A DNA stretch of 62,771 bases, filler included, from Choristocarpus tenellus KU-1152 (taxonomy: Eukaryota > Protista > Phaeophyceae): NCBI GenBank assembly GCA_964200185.2. It is 10 parts of 10 records of this genome, joined end to end, with 100 filler letters (N's around TTAATTAATTAA, not from the genome) between each part and the next. Parts side by side here need not be neighbours in the genome. Positions count along the whole stretch, not along the records: positions 25,978 to 43,159 come from CAXNAD020000706.1; positions 43,260 to 54,647 come from CAXNAD020002345.1; 8 more parts are not named here. One strand, given 5' to 3'. The notes beneath the pieces were generated by a model. That model had not been told where the DNA came from, ran no database searches, and saw only the letters and a list, made by a program, of their open reading frames with translations. Positions within the stretch are counted from its first letter, which is position 1; every line of letters begins with the position of its first letter. Of the stretch, positions 39,801 to 50,534 are shown in pieces. The position numbers and the translations under genes are program-made.

Positions 39801-41724
39801 GCCAGGGCTGGGAACTCTAAATCGCTTGGCCTTCAAGTGGAGTATTTGACAAAAATTACAGATCACGACAAGGCAACACCAATTGGCACTACCTTAACAT
39901 GATACACAATACCACCAAAACAAGGCAGAGACAAGTGAAATGGCAACAACTCTTCACAAAGTGTATCAAGGTAGTGCATGCTACCCTTACACACCTCAAG
40001 CAAAGGTGGTGCACTAATTTTGTGCCCGCTTAGTTGCTGGTGCTGCTGTTGCACAGGTAGAGTGACTCGACGCTGTGCTTGCATCATCAGCTGTGACCTT
40101 TGTTGCTGTTGCAGGGCTTGTATTTGCAGGGTTTGTTGGGTATCAGCTGATCCAGCTGCCCCTATTGAGTTGAACAAACCTCCACCTACAGATGCAATAT
40201 CCAATGACCTGGTGTGACCACTGGAAGCATGTTTTGCTGGAAGAAGTGGTGTTTGCACAGGGCTAGTGCCTTGGAGAGACTGTCACCACAGTAAAGGACA
40301 AAGAAAGAGCAAAAGTGTGTCAACACAAATAAAATTAAAACCTTGTTTAACACAGAACTTGAAGTCAAAGGGCACACAACGCATTCTTGTTTGCATTCAT
40401 ATGGGGCAAATGAACAAGAACATACACTCTGCAGTTTCCATTATTTCGTCACCATCATGTAGGGGGCACAACATATTTCCCTCACAAAGAGTCACTAGAA
40501 AAAGTGTTCATCTGGGGCTACTTTATGTGTGCTGTTTGTGTTTTGGGGCAGTGCAGGAAAGGGGGAGAAACCTTACCAAGCACAGGAGTGGGGCTCACAA
40601 CTTGTGCCACTAACCACATGCCAGATTTGGAGGAGATAGGTAGTAGCTTGCTTCGAAATGGTGTTAGGAAATACTGTGAAAAGGGAACACATGACCTTCA
40701 GGAGAAAAATGTGAGCAAGGAGTTTGAAAATCTGTACAAACCATACATTTTGAAATGCAAAACAAGTAGTAATGTCTCGCTATGGAGTATCTCAGGGTGT
40801 ACGTTGCACAAGATCTCCACGTACAAAGGTTATGACGGGGTGGGGCTGAAATTGTATTGTGGGTGACATAGCACACGGGCAAATATGTGTGTCCTGACAC
40901 GAGGTGACCCTTGCCGCAATGGTGATTGCCAAGTTCAATTTATAACAAAATAGTACCTCTAAAACAGGGAGTTCTTACCGCTTCAAAAAAGGGGTGACAG
41001 AGAAACAGTTAATGCAGACCCCCAAGCCCCATGGGCGGCATCACCCATGTCAGTCTTACCATGGACACCCCAATGTTACTTGAGGATAGCAATAACCGAC
41101 ATCAGCTAGTACCAACTATCCTCATTCAAAGTCACCATTCGAGGGGTGTTTAAAGTATTTTCCTGAGCGAGCCCTCCCTCACTTAACGAATATAACGGGC
41201 ACGGGTGGATAATGACTACTTGATGTAAGGTCAACGGATCATACCTGTGTTGGAGTCATGTATGGAAGGAGAGATGACGGCTGTGACTGCTGAGATTTCA
41301 ACTGAGAGAAAGGAACACCTTGAGCCGATTGATGAGTCAAGCGGCGAAGCTTGTCATCCCCATCCTGATCCTGTAGAGGTCTTGGGTGGGAGAAACGTTG
41401 GGTATGGTCTGGGAGGAACTGATCCAGACCCTGGGCATTCTCCGGAGTCTTCGACTGATCTAAACCAATTCCAATGCCAATGTCAACAACTTGCCCTGTC
41501 CCTTGCCCCACTCCCGGCCCAAGTCTCATCCCTCGAGAAGCTTGCTCCTGCAGCCCCCTCATCCCTCCCAGTCTTTGTATTGCCATCCCTCCATCAGCTT
41601 GCCCTGTGCCTGTTCTCAGCAATCCAGAATTTTTTTCTTGTGAGTTTATTCCTGAGCTTGCCTCTCTCTGAGTCTGCCCCTGCTTGTCTAGGCCGGTGTG
41701 GACTTGACCCAGCATTTGTTGCAT
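29442..41724 (-). CDS. CBP: CBP/p300-type (KAT3/HAC) histone acetyltransferase, ~2173 aa, 13 exons: 41724-41245, 40279-39995, 39719-39400, 38572-38323, 37966-37862, 37429-37241, 36056-35433, 35165-34954, 34398-33429, 33175-31832, 31611-31456, 31344-30877, 30560-29442
   Basis: Domains in order: KIX_2-like (WQSDADKADR..LPHMARRLEESLY), TAZ (LLLLRHASKC..CVSSR), polyQ, bromodomain (FHQPVDP..DY..IKRPIDL..NAIIYN), Cys-rich RING/PHD (WVECDDCKSWFHQICALFN), KAT11 HAT (RRVYISYLDSV, HIWACPP..GDDY), ZZ (CTKC..RYHCDMC.YDLC) and TAZ2. All junctions are GT-AG and phase-consistent. The start codon is tentative. Confidence 0.95.
33445..33885 (-). repeat. Coding polyQ tract plus an 18-bp repeat encoding (AQQQVK/AQQQAQ)n inside CBP
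   Basis: CAG/CAA runs and GCACAACAGCAGG(T/C)(A/G)(A/C)AG units. Confidence 0.9.
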
Positions 41725-43528
41725 CTACCTGACCTGGTCTTGGGCAGTCTTGGTTTCTCACTCTATTCGTACAACCTAAACCCCCAACATTATTCCGAAT
41801 CGTACCACTCTAGATAGTAAAACAGTCCTGGTCACAGATCTCCAGACCTGTTATTATCTTGAGAGCTACGATATTCTCTTCCTCCTTCTAGATGATGGGT
41901 GATATCAGGGTTTAGGGTGATAGTCCTATGTTTTTTGGTGGCCATTCTCCATTATCTCTCTGTCTCGCAGAAAAAAATAAATAGCGGAAAAAACTCAAAA
42001 TTCAATACATTACATTATATATGATATGTCTGCTAACATTTTCCAAGTGTGTGAGGGGAAAACCCATCTCAATATCACAGCATCCACAGTATGTATTGAT
42101 GAACCCTCTATACATATCACTAAAAATAATATATTCTCTAGGTTGTAGAGATATTAGTAGTTAGGAGTGATGAATGTTCCTTCTTGTCCTCCCCTTCACA
42201 AAATATGTAAAGTATTAGTTCGTAAACAAATTCAGTAGTACATATACACATAACGATACATATATTTTAAAATGTACTGTATTTCTTCCAAACTATCTAA
42301 AAATATATATAGTAGGAGAGTACATTAATAATACCTTACTACTTTTGTTTTTTCTGTCACTGGTCAAATTGTGGAGAGTGGAGAGGATGAGAGATAGGAC
42401 CCATTGATATTTTCTACTTTCCTTCATCATGTGGTCCTTGTCATTTATCTAAATTACAGTAGTCTACTACTACAATACCATAATAGTTGTATCATTAAAA
42501 ATAGTATGGTACTATTATAGAAATTAAGTGGAGATACAGATATTTGTCGTAGAAAGTGAATGTTGTAAATTAATCGTAAGCTCAATAATATTTTTTATTA
42601 TACAAATATTCGTCAAAAATTGCCCTCACTCCACTCCAATCACTACTCCGTTCACTTTTATGCTTTGCCAAAACTTACATTGAGAGGATGATTGGCGCAG
42701 ATGGTGATTTATTAGACTTCAGGGGTACCTGGGAAAGCATTGACCTGTGATACTTTCATTTCCTTATAAATCTCTCTTCCACACTTTAAGGGTTTAAATT
42801 ACGATCAGACTTGAAGTCACAGTTGAACAAATATTTGTACTATTAGATAGGTACTTTACTTCTGCATAGGCTACCCAGGCACACTCCCACCCACCCTGTC
42901 CCTTTCCTCTTGGTCCTCCTGGAGTACTGTGACACAAGTTTGTGGAGCTCTTCTCCTCTTTTTCTCCCACAAGGCACAACCTACACGACCTCCATCTTCT
43001 GTGCCTTTCCTCCTTGTACCGCTGGAGCATTGTGGCTTCTACCCTGCGGATCTTCTCTCCCTCCTTTTCCCCCGCCAAAACCACCTCCACCCCCCCCCCT
43101 TACCCACACACAGCTCTACGTGTGGGAGACGCCTGGCCGTGGAAGGTCGGCAAGGGCCCNNNNNNNNNNNNNNNNNNNNNNNNNNNNNNNNNNNNNNNNN
43201 NNNTTAATTAATTAANNNNNNNNNNNNNNNNNNNNNNNNNNNNNNNNNNNNNNNNNNNNCCTACATCTTTCTATTCACAATTTGTGGGGGGGGGGGGCAC
43301 GATGGATTTGTTAGAAACCTGTTGCTAACACTCTGGGGTGGTTGCCAAACAGGGAGTATGTAGGGATGCTGGGGAAAGAGTTTGTCAATGCTTAAGCTAC
43401 ATAAGATGTGACGAGACAAGAGATACATGTAAAATGTAAACAATCAAAGCCATTATACTATCTGCTTGGGGCTATTCTATAATTGCAAACCACATGTAGA
43501 CATACATGCAAGCACACATCATACACAC

Positions 43529-45415
43529 CTGTATCCATGTCTGTGATGACCACATTGGCTCCCCTCAATGCAGCATAAATGCTGGTGAGACCACAGCCGG
43601 CCCCCACCTCAATCACACGCAGTCCTTCAAAATAGTCCTCTGGAAAGATCTGCCTGCTGTCCATATATCGACTGTACAGAACAGCCACCAGAAAATATTG
43701 AAGATATAACGTGAGGGATCCATGTCCACCACCATAGGAACCACAAACAAAGAATAAAACAAGTATACTGAAGTTGGTAATAGTGGGGAGGGGGGAGGAC
43801 AAGGGGTGTGGTGTGGATGGACTAAAGCGGAAATAAACCCACCCTATTGCAAAAACTTAACAGAATAGTTGCACAATAGATTCCACAAAAAATAGTCGAG
43901 CTATCTATTCTTTGGCAACACACCAATTTCAGGAAATTTTAGGTCACATACGCGCCTTGTGGCCTGTAGCGGTTGGGAGAGCAACTTCCCTCCAACAACT
44001 GGATCTTAGTACCTCTTAAATACATCGACCCATCGATTGGGTCTCACGCTGATACAGAATCAATGTCACACTTGGTACAAGTACTTCGTAACATCTATTG
44101 ATGTACCTTCATGATCAAAAGTGACTTGTCACAAAAAAGTAACAGTAGGTCTTGCTTTACATTTGAAAGCCGTAAGAACGCAAATCTTCAAACACGATGC
44201 TTGAGCTTGCATGCAACTGTCAAAGGATCACACCGAGCATCACCTTGCACACATAAAAAAAATTGCAGTATGATAAAGAGGATTGGAAGATCAGTATGTG
44301 AGGCCATAGCCCCCCAAAACACTGCAATATAACTGGGACATGATATTCTTCGTAACCCAAGTGATACGGGACAAGGGAAGGTTCGTTGAAACATCGGTCA
44401 AAACGTATGCTACCCAGTGCGCCTACTCTATACTCTTGGACACACCTGTAGTGCCACCAGACGAGGTGCACACACTCTTCTACAAACCTTCTCTCCCATT
44501 TTGAAGAACACAGGATATATTAAGACCTAGGATGGTTAGAGTGCCAATATTTAAGATATTGTGGCGGCGCTAAAGTCTATGAAAAATCTGACATCTCAAC
44601 AATCTTGCCCTCCTTCCACTTACTTGGTGCTACTACGACTTGCAGGGAAGTAGGAGGGAACTTGGCCCAGACCAATGGATTGCTTTTTGCTAGAACATTT
44701 GCCAATCAATTTCGGGATCCTTATTCTCTTCTACATTAGATCACCACATCGCGAAGACTAGTTTGCAGAGCAATGTTGCACACTATGGTTTTGGCATACT
44801 TACCTCCATATCCGCAGGCCATGGTGGCCAACCCGCTCCTGCTTTAAGGAAGATGTGGTCGACCATTCTAGCCCGACCATAACATTAAACTCGAGGCCAG
44901 TGTTGATGTTGAAGTGGGATTGTCAAAAAAAGGGTAAGAGAAGGGATGAACGTGTCACGTACCTCAGAAAAACACCTCCCAGCCATTGCAACCCAGCGAT
45001 CCCATTGCCTTCACCGGACCAATCCTCCACTATTCGAATATCTCCCACTGGCTGTTGGAATGTATACTTCAGTTCCCACATAGAAAGCCCCTGCCTCGCA
45101 TGACACACAACAGGAAGAGCAGACAACAGGCGCCTGAGGTGTGGTAGGTATAGCCATCTCCCGCTTAAAAAGAACAACTTGGTCCTTGTGTGAACTAGAG
45201 AGGTTGACAAAGAAGCAGCGAATCTAAGGAGAAGTGTTGGCATGATATGAGCAATAAAGGACCTAAAAAGCAAAGCACAAGAATGTCTATCTTATGCTCA
45301 CTGCCTCTTCCTGCTCCCTCTCAGCCTCCTCCTGCGCCTTTCTCCGCTCCATGCGTTCGATTCGCTTTGCTTCCCCAGAAGCTCCACCACCATTAGGTTT
45401 TCTTCCGGCTCTCAT
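43529..45415 (-). CDS. METTL21/family-16 SAM-dependent protein-lysine methyltransferase, 5' part (exons 45415-45302, 45090-44963, 43671-43529)
   Basis: GIAGLQWLGGVFLS|RYM..FEGLRVIEVGAGCGLTSIYAALRGANVVITD contains the G..W pre-motif, motif I (E.GAG.G) and post-I (V.ITD). Phases 0/2/1 are consistent. The remainder is cut by the contig end. Confidence 0.85.
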
Positions 45416-45559
45416 GTTTACCACACCACCACAATTGTTTGTGTGGGAGTGTAGGGTTCAAGTTTTTTCTCCTTTGCCCGGGGTAATAAAGCACTTGTAG
45501 GTTGATAGTTATTCACTTATTGATGATTAAACCACTACATTTGAGTAGAAAAGGTACTC

Positions 45560-46500
45560 GAAGTTCCAATTGGGTTGGAATGTCCCGTTCCTCCGATCTG
45601 CCCCTAACATCCACACACAAGAACGTCCACATAACCCCAACCCATCTTCTGTATCATGTGTAAGCCAGTGGTATTGAAGCTGGTCCGCACCCGCCGATTC
45701 AGCGTATTCGATAGTGAGGAATGTAGTACTATCAGAGATGAAGAGGGGGATATGGGCAGCCTATCTATCTCGCCCATCCAGCAGGTGTTGAAGTTCCCTC
45801 ACCTTTGCATTTTATCTATAGGCGTTGTGCTTGAACAACGGTTATGTTGCACGGTCCGATATTTGATTTGTTGACCTCCATCGAGCTGTAATATTGTTTG
45901 GGAGTGTAGAGTCTACGATAACCTCTTTCGTCGCTTGAGGTTTTAATCTGCCTAGACTCTTCCTGGAGAACTTTTAGGCTTGCCATATGCGACCTGTCCT
46001 TGAATCTTGTAGCAGTGGACGCCTCGAACTCTACCCATTGTGTTCTTGGTGCACTTCTTGAAACTTATAGCAAAGAATCGATTCATACTGGCGGGGTTTA
46101 TGGTGGCAGCCTCTCGCTCAAATGGAGGTAATTTACGAATTTGCATGCCAAAACCCCTTGACCAAGCCTTGTGAGTGTTTCTTACCAACCTCCTCACAGA
46201 TTCTCCACCTCTTTGACATCCGTTGCTCCAGTAAATATATGACTGCTATATAGATCTTCTACCAAGGCTTCACGCCCAGTTGAGGGTAGGAAATATATAG
46301 TATTCCATTTGTTGACCCAAACTTTCGCATTAGGACCTCTAACTTTGAGCCGTTTGCCTCGCTCTTGGGAACAGCTGGCGCCACAGGCGGTCGACATGAA
46401 GGAGACTGTGCAAGTGCCACTAATGAAGCTGCGAGATTTGACCGCGAGCAACAGGTCCAGGTTAGCTGCTCCCTCCTCCCTTCCCTTCTATCCACTCGCA
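45560..46500 (-). mobile_element. Decayed pogo/Fot1-like transposase remnant
   Basis: EALVEDL..G..VKEVENL, HKAWSRGF.MQIRK..FEREAATINPASMNRFF and IKTSSDERG resemble CENP-B HTH, W..GF, R...N...I..FF and N.DE.G. Frameshifted. Confidence 0.55.
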
Positions 46501-46975
46501 GACCTCCAGGCCCGAGGAAGACTGGTGGGTTAGCAAGATCGGGGTTAGGTCTTTGAATTCAGTCGCAGGCATCAAAGAAGGGTATATTATCTTATTTGGA
46601 GGAAATATGTTATTTGGATGAATAAAGGAGTGAATGCGTGTTAATATGGTGTGAGAGTTTTACAAGGTGGAAAAATATTGTCGTGGAGAGGAGAGGCATG
46701 GGAGAGATATTGTCGTGGAAGAAATTGCTTTAGCTCTTGCCTGGTTATCTGCAGCACATTGAAAAAGAAGTGATTTGAAGCTCATCAACAACCTTCCTTG
46801 CAACAAGGGACAGAGCTGTAGGGTAGTGGTTATGGATGCGATTTATGTGGAGACCGACCACACCTTATCTCCCACCCCCCACTCCTCCTATTGCTTCAAA
46901 TCCAGCAGTCAGCTCACAAATGACAAAGTTGTGCCTAATCCCCTTGCTCCCCTGATATTCCTTTGCTGATCCTAG

Positions 46976-49900
46976 CTTCATGGATATGATGCAGAAGCAT
47001 GGCTATGTGGTGTTGACCAATGTGGGACCGGTACAGAGGAGATACCTGGAGATTGAGAAAAAAATTAGGTCCTTCTTCAGCTGTTGCCCCTCCAGTATCA
47101 AAGAGGCCACCAAAGGAGAAGTGTACTTCAATGAAAGGGGTATTCCAATGGTATGTTTGTCTTGAGTGGAGTGTTAAAGGGACTGGGAAAATTAGGAGGA
47201 GAGCAAAAGTGGGGAAGAAAGTTATAAAACAACTTTGCCTGGGTTGCATGGCATGTTTTGAGGATAGTTAAGGGTAGCTTGCTTGTTGGTGAACAGCAAT
47301 ATGTTTTATGTTGGTGGTCAAGATGGCATATTCGTTGACAGGGTCAGGGGTGGGTTTTGAGTCATGCTCGCCCCGCAGTGTTCTGATATGCTCTTGTGCC
47401 GCTAGCCTTCAATTGCACTATGTTGCATGGTGGACTGACTACACGCAGATGTAGTTAACTTGAGAAGATGTGGAACTCATTCCATGACCATTGCATGCAC
47501 TAAGGAGCATTAGCCACCAGTAGTACGCTGCTAGAGCTCCCCTTGACCCACAACAACAGCTAAGAGCCCTTCTTTTTCTTACATCCCCCTCATCTAAGCC
47601 ACTATACCTCACCAATGCTAGATATTCTGAATAGTGCTCTGTGGATGATTGGGATTGGTCTAGAAGATTGAATTCATTTTTCCATTCGATCACTTTACCA
47701 GCTCTGTGTGCCAAGGTATCCAACCAAGTTCATAAATATTCTCCAGTCCCTAAGGTAAATCCATTCGTTAAACCCTCGTCCCTAATCTCCTATCCCTCAG
47801 CCAGAATGCCAACTGTAAACACCACCCCTATTTTTCTGTAAACCCGAACCTAACCTTAATCGTTCAACATGCACACACAAACATAAATACAACTGCGGCA
47901 ATAAGTGGCACTCAGGATATGAGTCCTGTGGGCAAGTACGTGAAGCTTTTCGAGTTGGTGTGGCGGGGGCTATGAAGACCAGTCTGTCTTACAAATTGGA
48001 ACAACTGCGACATCGGGGCTCTTCCCCTGGACCAAAGTGGCCATGTCAGCACCTTAAGTCAGCGTGGCTGGCTCTTCTCCATTTACTCCGAAAGGTCTGC
48101 CACAGAGCTCTCACTGTTGCCCTGGGGCGCCCAGTTACGGATCCCTTGTTCTTTCGTGCGGCCAAGCCTTTGCCAGTTCTTACATCCATGGCAGCAGAGG
48201 GAACTTGGGCAACAGGTGGTGGGATTTTGGAGGGTTTGTCAGGAGTGCAGTGTTGGGATGTGGAAAGAAATGAAGACAAGGGCGAGGAGGAAGCTGATAC
48301 TTTTGTGGGGGCAAACAAGGTTGGTACTGTGTGCAGGCGTAGGGCAGCAGATGGGACAGAGCTTTTGTCAACGGGGGAGTTGAAGATGGGGAAGAGTAAC
48401 TCATGCTGCAGGTCACCTGTCATGGATGCGTGGGTCTGTGCTGATGGTGCTGATGATAGTCAAGGCGACTCAAAGGAGCAATCAGTCCTTGGAGAGCAAC
48501 AGGAGGAGGAGGAGCAGGAGGAGGATTTCTCCGTGAGTTACGCATTGCACTATCCCAATGATCACTGTGACCCAGCGTTGGTGAAGGAGGGGCTCACAGT
48601 GGGTGAGCACGTGGACCCAAGTCTGTTTGTGGCAGAGCCTTGCTGTGGCGTGGCTGGGCTGGAGATCAAGGATCAGGCCTCCGGAAGGTTGGTTACATGC
48701 TCACTCCACATATATTGAGCTTCAAAGCATTTGTCATTTTTGGTTAATTCATCGTGGAGTCTGTCTAACAGAGAACCTTTTCGCTCTCTTCTTTTTTTTT
48801 TGTCACTTTTCTTGTAATTTTTTTTTTTTGAAATATTTTGTTCTGCGATGGCAGTTACGGAAGCGTTTGCTACACCTCCCGTGCTACTCGGGTCTGGGCA
48901 GGGTTGAGGGGGGTAGGTACACTTCCAAAGTGGTGTTGGATTGTATCTCTCTTAGATTGAAGGACTTACCTCTTTGTTTGTTTGTGGTTGGAAAGATCAG
49001 CGCGCCGATCCTTTGATCGGAACGTTATAGGAAGTGCAGGATCTCCTACTCACATGTTCTATTTGATTTGTGTGTGTGTGTGTGTGTATGGAGATTTGGA
49101 TGGAATATCTATAGTGAGATCTCGAGTTGGTTTCAGTATGCAGAGTTGCCACCCCCCGTCCTTTTTTTTTAACTGTGCGATTGGATTGATGCTCGTGTGT
49201 TCATAGTTGTTACTGCCCCTCCCCGTCGGTTACTTTCTAAGCCACTTCCGAGTCTCTACTTTCAACTTCCGGAATGCTTGCTACGTTTGACTGCCCTGGG
49301 AATGAATGCTGCGGGTGGAAATGCCACACAATTTCAACCTAGCAGGTGGATTGAAGTGGAGGCGCTTTGTGCTGGACTGGGAGTGGACCAGAATGTTTCC
49401 ATCTCGCGTGGGGAAGGGAGGGACACGCCTTCCCCAAAAGCAGGAGGGGAGCTGATCCTCTTCGGAGGAAAGGTGAGCACTGTTTTTAAAAGGGGGTTGT
49501 TTTGGTTGGATACCTACCTTCTTGAGAAATTTCTGAGACCAATAAAATGAAACGAGTAACTTGAACCCTCCCCCTGACGAAAAAAATACATAAAAAAAAC
49601 GATGACGAGAATCAGCATTTCTGCATCTTCCATCATAATAGCCTAGTCTCGACATTTTTTTGGTAGTTACCATGAGATTACCCAAGCGTTCCAGCCTACA
49701 ACTCCAGCCCCGAAACCAGGTCATAACCCATCCACCCTAACCCTAACATCGTATCACTGCGGCTAGGCCACACCTATTAGAATAAAGAAGTACTTGGAGT
49801 ATTTACAATGTGCGAAATGATTCAACTGGAATTAATTCACACTAAGCTACACTGATATCTCCTTGTGAACCCCACCAACAAGTACGGCATCGTCTTGGTT

Positions 49901-50534
49901 GCCTGATGGCAGCACTACTAACTTCGAAGTCAAGTCTAGTCCGACTTATTCTTTACAAGTCTTGTCTGATGACATAGCTTCTCTCTCAAGGGGAGAGCCA
50001 CTTGAAGAGATTCTCGACCCGTGTTGAACTTAATTTCACAACAAAAGTAGGAATGAGACGCAGTGTGGTGGCAGGAAGGACCCCAGGACAGTAACAGGGG
50101 TTGGGGGAATGAAGTGGTCAAATGCCAAAGTGTCCCCCATTGAACTCCTGCTATTTTGAGGTAGGGCGCTAAGTCAGGTAGAATCACAAAACAGCCTGTG
50201 CATGAGCAGAACCACCACCAGAGGAATCTAGAATCAACCGACATGAACCGAAAAACAACTCACCAACTGGAGAGCTGTCTGTTACACGCCATCAACCCCA
50301 GGGCCGCAACCCAAGCTACAGAGCTCGATCGATGCTCTTGCTGTACATATATACTGTTTCGCCCACACAATCCTCCTCGCCACTGTTGTAAATTTTCTGT
50401 AGGCTCTGGAGAGGGCAACAGGCGGAAAGGTTCGTGGAGCGGTCCATCGAGTTCGACGAGGTGACCAACAACGATTCTGCTTCATCTATGAGCAGAAATA
50501 TGGAGAGTTCTTCCCCCCCCCTACCATGGACTAA
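46976..50534 (+). CDS. 2-oxoglutarate/Fe(II)-dependent oxygenase, IPNS/DIOX-like (exons 46976-47150, 47906-48687, 49346-49472, 50403-50534; start unresolved)
   Basis: HGYVVL..RSFF, SGYE..REAFR, LHYP, EHVDPSL (HxD), GLEI.D, W, LILFGGK|ALE, AVHRV (distal His) and RFCFIY. Phases 0/2/0 are consistent; stop TAA at 50532-50534. Confidence 0.88.

Noticed and set aside
42794-43159. Gene upstream of CBP (ERHRRWRSCRLC..)
   Set aside because: At best a decayed LINE 3' zinc-knuckle fragment; too weak to call.
44796-44920. U1 snRNA (ATACTTACCT start on the + strand)
   Set aside because: No loop I GATCACGAAG, loop II ATTGCAC or Sm site; it is simply a minus-strand splice-donor match.
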